A DNA stretch of 33,577 bases. Origin: Flavobacteriales bacterium. Lineage in GTDB: Bacteria > Bacteroidota > Bacteroidia > Flavobacteriales_D > SKUL01. Numbering within the stretch: the stretch's first letter is position 1; each line of letters starts with the position of its first letter. The notes beneath the pieces were generated by a model, which was given only the letters and a program-made list of their open reading frames with translations, had not been told where the DNA came from and did not search any database. Shown here in pieces: positions 19,311-28,810 of the stretch. A program made the position numbers and the translations under genes. The DNA is taken from assembly GCA_007129985.1 (NCBI GenBank), contig SKUL01000192.1:1-33577 (forward strand), given 5' to 3'.

Positions 19311-20666
19311 TTAGTTCCATGATTTTGGATCCCCTGTTTTACCTCTTCCCAGGTAGCTCATTACTGAGCGGAATCCTATGTAACATTTCGCAGTATCCTG
19401 ATACTCGTAGCTTCGTGTACCACACTGCAAGAAGTATTCTATGTCTTTCCATGACCCACCACGAATCACCTTGCGCTTCAGGGCTGGAGGATCATTGGTT
19501 TTCGAATCGTATTGGTATTCCGGGTTCATATCGTGTGAAAAGTCGTACACAGAAGGATCGTAAGCGGTGCTGGTCCACTCAGCTACGTTACCGGCCATGC
19601 AATATAAACCGTATCCGTTCGGCTCGTAGCTACGAACATTCACAGGATGTAACCCATCGTCATCCACATAGTCTCCGCGTAGTGGCTTAAAGTTAGCCAA
19701 CGGACATCCAAGGCGGTTTCGAATGTAAGGGCCTCCCCATGGGTAAAGGCTCAGGTTGATTCCACCTCTTGCCGCGTATTCCCATTCAGATTCAGTTGGC
19801 AGTCGGAACTTGTGTACGTAGGTCTCTCCGTTTCGGAACTTCCACGTATCCAACAACTGCGATCGCCATACATTAAAGGCTTTGGCCTGACCCCAGGTAA
19901 TACCCACTACGGGGTATTCATCGTAGGCGGGGTGCCAGAAGTACGCCTCGGTGAGCGGCTCGTTATACGAATAGGTATAATCGTGAATCCAGCAAAGGGT
20001 GTCAGGATAAACAGGTATCACCTCCCTAATGATGAATTGCGAGCGATCAACGTGTCCGCGGATGGAGTGTGTTTGCCCCAATTGGTTGGTAAAAGAGAGG
20101 TCATTGTCTTTGCCCGACTTACGTGCCGCGCTCTTGAGGTCAATCCAGTAGTACTCAAACAAGAGCTTACGAGTATCAATCTCCTTACGACGATAGAACC
20201 GCTCGTGTTCCGGAAGGAACATATCAAAGAGTTCTTCCCGCTCTTCTTCATCATTCCAGCGAATTTTCTCACGCCAGTTGATGATGGGCGGATAGAGCTC
20301 CTCCCCGTAGGCATCTTCTTCAAAAACGTGCTCACCGATACCAGCCTCGCCCAATCGCATGTGCGCTATTGAGTCGCGAACCCAGTAAACAAACTGGCGA
20401 TACTCGTTGTTGGAAATCTCAGTGTCGTCCATGTAGAAAGCACCCACGGTTACCGTTTTGCTTTTGGTGTTCATGGCGTATGGCACATCCTGATCATTGG
20501 GACCCATCACGTAGCTCCCAAAGTGAATGTAGTTCATACCATAGGGGTTGTACTGAACGAAATCCTCGCGCGGTTGTACACCCACGAGTTCCCCCCTGTT
20601 TCCTCCGCCACAACTGCTAAAAAGCAGCGAGGCGAAAACTGCCATTAAAAAGAGCGTCTGTTTCAT
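19311..20666 (-). CDS. gldK: Gliding motility/T9SS lipoprotein GldK (PorK), FGE-sulfatase fold
   Basis: Lipobox FSSC, GELVGV, FYMDDTEISNNEYRQFV, VYPDTLCW, YFWHPAYDEYPVVG, RLPTESEWEYAARGG and RGGSWKD. Confidence 0.95.
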   Translation of the reverse strand: MKQTLFLMAVFASLLFSSCGGGNRGELVGVQPREDFVQYNPYGMNYIHFGSYVMGPNDQDVPYAMNTKSKTVTVGAFYMDDTEISNNEYRQFVYWVRDSIAHMRLGEAGIGEHVFEEDAYGEELYPPIINWREKIRWNDEEEREELFDMFLPEHERFYRRKEIDTRKLLFEYYWIDLKSAARKSGKDNDLSFTNQLGQTHSIRGHVDRSQFIIREVIPVYPDTLCWIHDYTYSYNEPLTEAYFWHPAYDEYPVVGITWGQAKAFNVWRSQLLDTWKFRNGETYVHKFRLPTESEWEYAARGGINLSLYPWGGPYIRNRLGCPLANFKPLRGDYVDDDGLHPVNVRSYEPNGYGLYCMAGNVAEWTSTAYDPSVYDFSHDMNPEYQYDSKTNDPPALKRKVIRGGSWKDIEYFLQCGTRSYEYQDTAKCYIGFRSVMSYLGRGKTGDPKSWN

Positions 20667-20755
20667 CTCTCTATGGTTTTAAAATTTCCTCACAACAGGC
20701 CCTTGTAACTAACAACCCGAACCGGTTTATACGGAAACTTTGGTGTTTAGTTACA

Positions 20756-21691
20756 TTACAAGAACCTTACGGTTTTGTGAATTTCCTTAGGCAATGGTTT
20801 CTCAATCTTGAAGCAGAAGTTCACCATAATTTCGTGACTTCCGGTGCTATAATTCGCCAATTGCGATGTTGTGAAGTCATAAGAGTACCCCACCCTAATT
20901 ATACTCTTACCGATTTCGGTCTGATAGCCGAGCTGCGGTGCTATAGCATCAATTGTGCGATATGTAACGCCCGCCCAAATCATATTATTGCCTGCAGTGT
21001 ACTCCGCATTTAGGTTCACATCGTACTGCGTTGAAGCCAAGTCTGACTTAATCAGCATATTGGGCACCAAGTTAAAGGCGGGGCTCAAATCAAAGATGTA
21101 CCCCCCCATCAAATAGTAGTGTCGCGCAAGCTCAATATTCACATCGAACATTCTTCCTTGCGAAAGGTGTGTTGAGGACAAGCCTGCGTAAAACTTACCT
21201 GGGCGATGGAAATACAGTCCAAAAGATGCGTCAAACTTGGTATTACTCTGCTGACCAAGCGGAATAGAAATATCATTTTGAACACCGTCAATAGCTACCC
21301 ACTCGGTGGTGTTGATTGCGCTGTTAAACATCCCCACAGACGCTCCGAAATTCAAGAAATTTTGACCCACCTTTAAGTGGTATGAGTAATGCGCACGAAC
21401 AATGTTATTGTTCAACTGCCCGATTACGTCGTTGTAAAAGGTGATTCCGATACCACTGTTAATCGATCGTATGGGAGCGTGACCGTTGACCAAAAATGTT
21501 GTAGGGGCTCCATCAAAACCAGCCCATTGATTGCGATACATGAATGTACCACAAATCATATCCTTGCTGCCAGCGAAAGCCGGGTTGATCGAAAGACGAT
21601 CGGCCATAAACTGGGTGAATTGTGGATCTTGTTGTGCATAAGCACCACAAGCAAGGAACAGGCCCGTGAAGGCTAGTAAAAGTTTCTTCAT
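20756..21691 (-). CDS. porP: Type IX secretion system membrane protein, PorP/SprF family
   Basis: AQQDPQFTQF, INPAFAG, YRNQWAGFDGAP, GYSYDFTTS and GSHEIM motifs; directly upstream of gldK. Confidence 0.9.
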   Translation of the reverse strand: MKKLLLAFTGLFLACGAYAQQDPQFTQFMADRLSINPAFAGSKDMICGTFMYRNQWAGFDGAPTTFLVNGHAPIRSINSGIGITFYNDVIGQLNNNIVRAHYSYHLKVGQNFLNFGASVGMFNSAINTTEWVAIDGVQNDISIPLGQQSNTKFDASFGLYFHRPGKFYAGLSSTHLSQGRMFDVNIELARHYYLMGGYIFDLSPAFNLVPNMLIKSDLASTQYDVNLNAEYTAGNNMIWAGVTYRTIDAIAPQLGYQTEIGKSIIRVGYSYDFTTSQLANYSTGSHEIMVNFCFKIEKPLPKEIHKTVRFL

Positions 21692-21836
21692 GCTATTGAG
21701 CTGGTTTATCGCAGGTTAACAGTTTAATTTTGGCTTCGTTTCCCTCAGAAACAGGGGCTAAAATAAAGAAATTCCCAAACAACCAAAAATTTTTCAACAG
21801 TCTGCACGTGGATTACCCCGATTCAGAGTGCCAATT

Positions 21837-23006
21837 CTAGCTAATCTTTTGGTAGGTGAGCCACCATATATCAGGCACCTCGTTGGCGCAGGCCGTCTGG
21901 TAATCTTCATAGGCGCAGGGCACAAGATGATGCCTCTCGTAGCGCGCACGGCTTCCGGGCGGATAAGGTACACTGAGCCACCAGCGGTCGGAAACCTTGC
22001 TTTTGAAAAAAACCAGTTCGTGGTCGGCGTCATTCACTACCACCTGATAACGGTAGTACTTTTCCTCGTCCTTAAAGGGGAAGTCATGCTTTCGTGCGTA
22101 GTATCCGGCAATCACGCACCAAATCATCTGAGCAAGGAGATGGGCGGTTTGACCGTTGTTGTCGTATGCAGGATTGAACTCGTAAAACCCGATGGAGGTG
22201 AGCTTATCGCTCATACCGGCATAACGACACATCTGACACGCCTCTTCTCCGTAGAAACCATTGGGACCACTGTTTCCGCAGCCCGGGGCATCCGACTGAC
22301 GGATGGCCGATATATCGAAGCTGACAAGGTCTGCATTTCGAACAATCGGCTCGGTGGCCGCCACATTTCCCTTGAATAGTCCCAGCCGATAGGTATCGAA
22401 ATACAGCTTGTTCATCAGCTCCAGCTCAGTTTCACAAAGGAAATAGGTCTGGTAGCCGATGTTGCTGTAGTTAAAGAGGAAATTCGGCTGGTGAAGGATG
22501 ATGTGGTTGAGATAGGACTCTGCGTGCAGTCGACCCTCATCTTGTCCAAGATCAAATATCCGATCCACCCCCAACACGTTGATGGTTTGCTCCAGCGGCT
22601 CGTAGGCAGAGAAGTTAGCAAGCGTGAGATCCTGACTTCCACCAATTATGATGGGCAATACTTTATGCCGAAGCAACTCGCTGACCACGGATTTCAGCGC
22701 GAAGTGGGTGTCCTTAACTTCACTACCCGGTTGGATATTTCCTAAATCACACCACTTGATAGGCGCACCTGAAGGCGGAAAGAGTTTGTACAAGTAGGGT
22801 CTGACGGCATCCGGGCCACTAGCACAGCCCTGATTATTGATGGCACCACGTTCCTCGCAAACACCAATGAGCGCAATATTGGCGTTCTGCCACTCCGGAA
22901 AATCATCACGGTAAACATCTACCAATGCCCCCAGTGAGTTGGACTTCAAATCTTCCGGTAGACCTTTGGGGGACTGCATGTAAATCGAAAGGTCGGCCAC
23001 GCTCAT
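21837..23006 (-). CDS. Arginase/formimidoylglutamase-fold protein with degenerate metal site
   Basis: ALIGV.E.RG, GPDAVR, DLGNI, IIIGGSQD, NIGYQTY, SFDISAI, PNGF and EFNP motifs of the ureohydrolase fold, plus a C-terminal extension. Confidence 0.82.
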   Translation of the reverse strand: MSVADLSIYMQSPKGLPEDLKSNSLGALVDVYRDDFPEWQNANIALIGVCEERGAINNQGCASGPDAVRPYLYKLFPPSGAPIKWCDLGNIQPGSEVKDTHFALKSVVSELLRHKVLPIIIGGSQDLTLANFSAYEPLEQTINVLGVDRIFDLGQDEGRLHAESYLNHIILHQPNFLFNYSNIGYQTYFLCETELELMNKLYFDTYRLGLFKGNVAATEPIVRNADLVSFDISAIRQSDAPGCGNSGPNGFYGEEACQMCRYAGMSDKLTSIGFYEFNPAYDNNGQTAHLLAQMIWCVIAGYYARKHDFPFKDEEKYYRYQVVVNDADHELVFFKSKVSDRWWLSVPYPPGSRARYERHHLVPCAYEDYQTACANEVPDIWWLTYQKIS

Positions 23007-23018
23007 CTTGATCGCTTG

Positions 23019-25421
23019 TTACTTCTTTGCAGACGACTTACCTGTTTTCCTGGCCGCCGGTTTCTTTTTGGCCGGTGCTTTCTTTGGTTTGGCAGCTTTA
23101 CTTGCAGACGCCTTGGTTGTTTTACCACGGCGCGCAGTTTTGGGTGCTTCCTCAGCAATCTTCAGACACTGCTCAAGGGTGAGCGACGACGGCTCCAGGT
23201 CCTTCGGAATTTTGAAGTTATCCTTTCCAATCTTGATGTAAGGCCCAAAGCGTCCGTTGAGAACCTGCACCTCCTCGTTTTCGGGGAAGGTTTTAATCAT
23301 GCGGTTTCTCTCCAGCTCCAGCTTGGCTTCAATGAGCTCTGCGGCTTGTTCAAGGGTAATCTCATACACATTCGTGTCGAGGTCTTTAGGGATGGAGGCA
23401 AAAAGCTTTCCGTAGCGCACAAAAGGCCCAAATCTACCAATGGCCGCTACTACCTCTTCATCCTTGTACGTGCCCAGCTTGCGCGGAAGCAGGAAGAGTT
23501 TCAATGCTTCCTCAAGCGTAATGGTTGAGATACTTTGGTCTTTAAGCAGTGAGGCAAACCGGGGTTTCTCCTCGTCGGAGCTTTCACCAATCTGCACCAT
23601 GGGGCCATATCTACCGATGCGGGCAATGATGCGCTTTCCGGACTTGGGGTCTGTTCCCAGCTCCCGCTCTCCCGTGGCCCGCTCGGAGTGCTCAAGGGTT
23701 TGCTCCACGAGATTGTGGAATGGCTTGTAGAAGCCTTCAATCATCTTGTCCCACTGCTTAGCGCCCTCTGCAATCTCATCAAATTCTTTCTCCACATCCG
23801 CGGTGAAGTTGTACTCCAGAATCTGGGCAAAGTGCTCCATTAAAAAGTCGTTCACCACCATACCGATGTCGGTAGGAAAGAGTTTGTTCTTTTCGGCACC
23901 CGTGTTTTCGGTGTGCTCTTCTTCCTTCACCACACCGCCTGAAAGTCGTATCAAAGCGTACTTGCGTGTGGTTCCATCACGCGATTCTTTCGACACATAT
24001 CCCCTTTTCTGGATGGTTGAAATCGTTGGAGCATAGGTAGAGGGACGGCCAATTCCCAACTCCTCCAGTTTTTTCACCAAACTGGCTTCGGCGTAGCGCG
24101 GCGGGTGCTGCGTAAAGCGCTCGGTGGCGGTCATTTCCTGAAGACCCAATTGCTGACCTGTTTGCAGAGCCGGCAACATTCCTTTGGCTTCTTCTTCGGG
24201 TTCATCGTCGCGCCCTTCGAGATACACTTTCAGGAATCCCTCAAACTTGAGCACCTCACCCTTGGCAACCAATTCTTCATTTGAACCCGATATGCTGATG
24301 CGCGCTGTAGTGCGCTCCAACTGAGCTTCGGTCATTTGCGAAGCAATGGTTCTTTTCCAGATCAGGTCATACAACCGCTGCTCTCGGGCCTCAGCCTGAA
24401 CAGCAGGTTTGCTGAGGTCTGTGGGGCGGATGGCCTCGTGGGCCTCTTGTGCGGACTTGTTTCTGGTGGCGTATTTCTTCGGATTCGAAAAATCCTCGCC
24501 ATACATATCCACGATGGCCTTTTGTGCACCCTGAATAGCGGTATCGCTCAGATTCACCGAATCTGTTCGCATGTAGGTGATGTGCCCCGCTTCGTACAAT
24601 CGCTGTGCGAGTTGCATGGTTTGAGCCACAGAATAACCAAGCTTGCGACTGGCTTCCTGCTGTAAGGTAGATGTGGTGAAAGGAGCAGCCGGCGTTTTTA
24701 CTGCGGGCTTTTTCTCCACATCAGTCACCGAAAAATCAGCATCCTTACACACATTGAGCAAGGCCGCGGCTTCATCTTTGCTCAGGCGCTTGGCAAGCTG
24801 TGCCTCAAAAGCAGCGCCTTCGGGTGTTTCGAGCCTGGCAACCACGCGGTAAGAACTGGTGCTTTTAAAATCCTGAATCTCGCGCTCCCGCTCCACAATC
24901 AGTCGTACTGCAACCGATTGCACGCGTCCGGCCGAAAGTGAGGGCCGCACTTTTCTCCAGAGAATGGGCGAAATCTCGTATCCTACCAAACGGTCCAGCA
25001 CCCGTCTTGCCTGCTGGGCATTCACGAGGTTCTGATCCACCGCGCGCGGATTGGCAATGGCGCGCTCTATGGCTGGTTTGGTAATCTCGTTAAATACGAT
25101 GCGCTTGGTTTTGGCGTCATCCAGCCCGAGGGTTTCGCTCAGGTGCCAGGATATAGCCTCCCCTTCGCGGTCCTCGTCCGTTGCCAACCAAACAACCTCC
25201 GCACTTTTAGCCAGTTTTTTCAATTCACTGACCACAGCCTTTTTATCGGCTGACACCTCGTAAACGGGCTTAAATCCGTTCTCGATATCAATAGAAATGT
25301 CTTTCGACGCAAGATCGCGCACATGACCGTAGCTGGACTTCACGGTGAAATCCTTTCCGAGGTAGCCCTCAATGGTCTTTGCCTTTGCGGGCGACTCAAC
25401 AATTACAAGGTTTTTTGCCAT
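23019..25421 (-). CDS. topA: DNA topoisomerase I (type IA)
   Basis: Start ATG 25421 (MAKNLVIVESPAKAKTI). LATDEDREGEAI, SAGRVQS, ITYMRTDS (catalytic Tyr), AQEAHEAIRPT and GIGRPSTYA motifs. Confidence 0.98.
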   Translation of the reverse strand: MAKNLVIVESPAKAKTIEGYLGKDFTVKSSYGHVRDLASKDISIDIENGFKPVYEVSADKKAVVSELKKLAKSAEVVWLATDEDREGEAISWHLSETLGLDDAKTKRIVFNEITKPAIERAIANPRAVDQNLVNAQQARRVLDRLVGYEISPILWRKVRPSLSAGRVQSVAVRLIVEREREIQDFKSTSSYRVVARLETPEGAAFEAQLAKRLSKDEAAALLNVCKDADFSVTDVEKKPAVKTPAAPFTTSTLQQEASRKLGYSVAQTMQLAQRLYEAGHITYMRTDSVNLSDTAIQGAQKAIVDMYGEDFSNPKKYATRNKSAQEAHEAIRPTDLSKPAVQAEAREQRLYDLIWKRTIASQMTEAQLERTTARISISGSNEELVAKGEVLKFEGFLKVYLEGRDDEPEEEAKGMLPALQTGQQLGLQEMTATERFTQHPPRYAEASLVKKLEELGIGRPSTYAPTISTIQKRGYVSKESRDGTTRKYALIRLSGGVVKEEEHTENTGAEKNKLFPTDIGMVVNDFLMEHFAQILEYNFTADVEKEFDEIAEGAKQWDKMIEGFYKPFHNLVEQTLEHSERATGERELGTDPKSGKRIIARIGRYGPMVQIGESSDEEKPRFASLLKDQSISTITLEEALKLFLLPRKLGTYKDEEVVAAIGRFGPFVRYGKLFASIPKDLDTNVYEITLEQAAELIEAKLELERNRMIKTFPENEEVQVLNGRFGPYIKIGKDNFKIPKDLEPSSLTLEQCLKIAEEAPKTARRGKTTKASASKAAKPKKAPAKKKPAARKTGKSSAKK

Positions 25422-25468
25422 AGCTACAATACCCTTTTGGGGTGAGATTGTTTGTTCCGTGAAGGCTG

Positions 25469-25501
25469 CAAAGTAAGGCAAAACACTTCAGCGTTTCCAA
25501 A
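25469..25501 (-). promoter_or_regulatory. Probable topA promoter TTTG-N21-TTACTTTG
   Basis: -33 TTTG (25501-25498) and -7-like TTACTTTG (25476-25469, one mismatch) on the minus strand. Confidence 0.55.
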
Positions 25502-25574
25502 GTTTTTTTATATTTCGCTGTATATGTGAATGATAGGCCAGTCAATTTTTCAGCTATTTTAACGACTCGCCGTA

Positions 25575-25589
25575 CTGCCACAATGTCAG
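25575..25589. promoter_or_regulatory. Palindromic operator-like box CTGCCACAATGTCAG (CTGnCA-N3-TGnCAG)
   Basis: Dyad symmetry, position over the expected -33 region of the miaB promoter, and related boxes upstream of groES. Confidence 0.5.
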
Positions 25590-25607
25590 GAGCAAGGTCA
25601 AAATTTG

Positions 25608-25615
25608 TACCTTTG
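25608..25615 (+). promoter_or_regulatory. -7 element TACCTTTG for the miaB operon
   Basis: Exact TAnnTTTG followed by C, 28 nt upstream of ATG 25644. Confidence 0.7.
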
Positions 25616-25643
25616 CGGGCCTTAACTTTTTGCCAGTACACAC

Positions 25644-27074
25644 ATGTTTGACTCACAACCCAAAGTGATTGACGAAAGCCGCCAGGGTGAAGCAATTGCC
25701 CTTGACAGCTCTCCTGATAGCGGAAAAAAGCTTTACATTGAAAGCTACGGCTGCCAGATGAATTTTTCCGACAGCGAAATCGTAGCATCCATCTTAACCG
25801 GTGCGGGATATTCTACCACCCGCGACGAGCAGGAAGCCGAAGTAGTCCTTATTAATACCTGCTCCATCCGCGATAACGCAGAGCAGAGGGTTCGGAATCG
25901 CCTGCATCATTTTCACGCGAGAAAACGCCGGCAGCCCGGACTGGTTGTGGGTATTTTGGGATGCATGGCAGAGCGGCTTAAGTCTACATTGCTCGAAGAA
26001 GAAAAAATTGTGGACCTCGTTGTGGGCCCCGACGCCTATCGCGACCTTCCCAACCTCATCGGCGAGGTAGAAAGCGGGCAAAAAGCTGTAAACGTGTTGC
26101 TCTCCAGAGAGGAAACCTACGCAGATATCAGCCCGGTGCGCCTCGACCAGAACGGAGTTACCGGATTTATCTCCATCATGCGTGGCTGCGACAATATGTG
26201 CTCCTTTTGCGTGGTGCCTTTTACCCGTGGCCGGGAGCGAAGCCGAAACCCCGAAACCATTGTGCACGAAGCAAAATACATGTTTGACCAGGGCTATCGC
26301 GAGGTAACACTGCTGGGGCAGAATGTGGATTCCTACCGATGGAACATCACCAAAAAGAACGAGGTCATTGACCCCGAACAACCCACCGTAAACTTTGCTC
26401 AGCTGCTCGAGAAAGTTGCTTTGGCCGTGCCCGAAATGCGCATTCGTTTCTCCACAAGTCACCCAAAAGACATGACCGACGATGTGCTCGAAACCATGGC
26501 GAAGTACCATAACATTTGCAAGTACATCCACCTGCCGGTGCAATCGGGCAGCACTTCAGTGTTGAAGCGCATGAACCGGGGATACAGCCGTGAATGGTAT
26601 TTGAACCGCATCGCTGCCATTCGTCGGATTATGCCTGATTGCGCCATCAGCACAGATATTATTGCGGGCTTTTGCGGCGAAACTGATGCCGAGCACGCCG
26701 ATACCATCAGCCTGATGCGCAATGTGGCCTACGATTTTGCGTACATGTTTAAGTACTCTGAGCGTCCGCGAACGCTGGCTGAAAGAAAATTTGAAGACGA
26801 TGTTCCTGAGGAAGTGAAACAGCGCCGGCTGGAAGAAATCATTGAACTTCAGATGGAAAACGGAAAAGCCAGCAACGAGCGTGCTGTGGGCAAAACCTTT
26901 GAGGTACTGGTTGAGGGGCCGTCAAAAAAATCGGATGCAGAATGGTGCGGCCGAAATTCGCAAAACGCCATGGTGGTTTTCCCCAAGGGAGATTTTGAGA
27001 AAGGCTCATACATCCACGTTGAGATAAACGCTTGCACTGCTGCAACGCTCAAAGGAGAAGTAGTACCGTCATGA
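25644..27074 (+). CDS. miaB: tRNA-2-methylthio-N6-dimethylallyladenosine synthase MiaB
   Basis: [21 protein letters not shown], radical [11 protein letters not shown] and a C-terminal TRAM domain. Confidence 0.97.
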   Translation: MFDSQPKVIDESRQGEAIALDSSPDSGKKLYIESYGCQMNFSDSEIVASILTGAGYSTTRDEQEAEVVLINTCSIRDNAEQRVRNRLHHFHARKRRQPGLVVGILGCMAERLKSTLLEEEKIVDLVVGPDAYRDLPNLIGEVESGQKAVNVLLSREETYADISPVRLDQNGVTGFISIMRGCDNMCSFCVVPFTRGRERSRNPETIVHEAKYMFDQGYREVTLLGQNVDSYRWNITKKNEVIDPEQPTVNFAQLLEKVALAVPEMRIRFSTSHPKDMTDDVLETMAKYHNICKYIHLPVQSGSTSVLKRMNRGYSREWYLNRIAAIRRIMPDCAISTDIIAGFCGETDAEHADTISLMRNVAYDFAYMFKYSERPRTLAERKFEDDVPEEVKQRRLEEIIELQMENGKASNERAVGKTFEVLVEGPSKKSDAEWCGRNSQNAMVVFPKGDFEKGSYIHVEINACTAATLKGEVVPS

Positions 27075-28291
27075 ACATTCAGCAGATTAAACAGCGCTTT
27101 GGGATTATCGGCAACAGCCCCCAGCTGAACCGCGCCATTGAGGTAGCCATGCAGGTTGCTCCTACCGACCTCGCTGTGCTGATTACCGGCGAAAGCGGAA
27201 CCGGAAAAGAGGTGATGCCGCAAATCATTCACCACCTGAGTGCCAGAAAACACAAAGAGTATATTGCGGTAAACTGCGGTGCCATTCCCGAAGGAACCAT
27301 TGACAGCGAGCTTTTTGGACACGAAAAAGGCTCCTTTACCGGTGCGCACGACTCCCGCAAAGGATATTTTGAAGTGGCCAATGGCGGTACCATCTTTTTG
27401 GATGAAGTAGCAGAACTCCCGCTGCAAACACAGGTGCGCCTGCTGCGTGTGCTCGAAACCGGTGAGTTTATGAAGGTGGGAAGCTCCAAAGTGATTAAAA
27501 CCGACGTGCGAGTAACCGCTGCCACCAATGTAAACGTACTTGAAGCCATTCGGAAAGGGCGTTTTCGCGAAGACCTTTATTACAGGCTGAACACCGTTCC
27601 CATCCACCTGCCATCACTGCGACAGAGGAAAGAGGACGTCCATCTCATCTTCAGAAAATTTGCGGCCGATTTTGCAGACAAATACAAAATGCCCGGCATA
27701 CAACTAAGTCCGGAAGCGGTAACCATGCTTGAGAACTACAACTGGCCGGGTAATATCCGTCAGTTAAAGAATATCACCGAGCAGATATCGGTTATTGAGG
27801 AAGAGCGCATGATAACGCCCGAAATGTTGATGCGCTACCTGCCCGATTCGCAAGCCTCGCTCCTACCGGCCGTTGTGAGCAGCGAACAATCGGGTGGAGA
27901 TTTCAGCGAGCGCGAGATTTTATACAAGGTGCTTTTCGACATGAAATCGGATTTGCATGATTTGAAAAAACTGGTGCTCGGCATTATGCAGGATGGCGGC
28001 CAGCCCGACAAGGAAGACATGGCGCTTATCAAAAAGCTGTATCAGTCAGAAGACGGGTGGAAATCCCTTGAGCCCTCGCAAGCGGAAGTAAGTCGGGAAC
28101 GCGATGAACCTTATGAGCGCTTCCCGGAGCCCATCGAAATTGAGGAATCACTTTCGCTGGAAGCCACAGAGCGTGAATTGATTAAAAAGGCGCTTAAGAA
28201 ACACAACAACAAGCGAAAAGACGCGGCACGGGAGTTGGGAATCAGCGAGCGCACCCTCTACCGAAAAATAAAGGAGTACGACCTCAACTAG
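27071..28291 (+). CDS. Sigma54-interacting AAA+ enhancer-binding protein with Fis-type HTH and no N-terminal sensor domain
   Basis: ATG 27071 overlaps the miaB stop (ATGA). [54 protein letters not shown] and [16 protein letters not shown] motifs. Confidence 0.93.
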   Translation: MNIQQIKQRFGIIGNSPQLNRAIEVAMQVAPTDLAVLITGESGTGKEVMPQIIHHLSARKHKEYIAVNCGAIPEGTIDSELFGHEKGSFTGAHDSRKGYFEVANGGTIFLDEVAELPLQTQVRLLRVLETGEFMKVGSSKVIKTDVRVTAATNVNVLEAIRKGRFREDLYYRLNTVPIHLPSLRQRKEDVHLIFRKFAADFADKYKMPGIQLSPEAVTMLENYNWPGNIRQLKNITEQISVIEEERMITPEMLMRYLPDSQASLLPAVVSSEQSGGDFSEREILYKVLFDMKSDLHDLKKLVLGIMQDGGQPDKEDMALIKKLYQSEDGWKSLEPSQAEVSRERDEPYERFPEPIEIEESLSLEATERELIKKALKKHNNKRKDAARELGISERTLYRKIKEYDLN

Positions 28292-28297
28292 GGCCCT

Positions 28298-28810
28298 ATG
28301 CAACGACCGCTCTTCCTTATTCTACTCATGCTTTTTGCAGCAGGATTTCTCTCTGACTGCAAAGTGAATTATTCTTTTACCGGGGCGGATATTCCCGCAG
28401 ATGCCAGGACTTTTTCGGTAGAGACTTTTACTGTTATTGCACCACTGGCCGACCCTACTTACGGACTCACCATTACGGAGGAATTGAAAGAACTCATCCT
28501 CGGTCAAAGCCGTTTGGATTTGGTGGTTGCCGAAGGAGACCTGCAGTTTGAGGGTTCGGTAACTGGCTACAATGTGGCACCGGCTGCGATTGCAGCAGAT
28601 GAATTTGCCGAAATCAACCGCCTCACCATCACCATCAAGGTGTCGTACGTTAATACCTTTGAAGAGGAGAAGAATTTTGACCGGACTTTTAGCCGATTTG
28701 CGGATTTCCCCACCACACAAGATTTGCAGGATGTTGAAGCTGCACTGATTGAGGAAATCAATTTTCAGCTCACACAAGATATCTTTGACGCATCACTCGG
28801 AAGCTGGTAA
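28298..28810 (+). CDS. lptE: LptE family LPS-assembly lipoprotein
   Basis: Signal ending in Cys, then YSFTGA, GDLQFEG.VTGY, RLTITIKV and terminal DIF...W pattern of Bacteroidota LptE-like proteins. Confidence 0.75.
   Translation: MQRPLFLILLMLFAAGFLSDCKVNYSFTGADIPADARTFSVETFTVIAPLADPTYGLTITEELKELILGQSRLDLVVAEGDLQFEGSVTGYNVAPAAIAADEFAEINRLTITIKVSYVNTFEEEKNFDRTFSRFADFPTTQDLQDVEAALIEEINFQLTQDIFDASLGSW

Noticed and set aside
15888-21691. porP-gldKLMN cluster as a novel secretion system
   Set aside because: This is the well-described type IX secretion/gliding motor core in canonical order.
21819-21834. TTGGCAC on the minus strand upstream of porP as a sigma54 promoter
   Set aside because: The -12 position reads ATCG with no TG or GC match, no dyad box is adjacent, and a primary-sigma-like TATTTTAG lies nearer porP.
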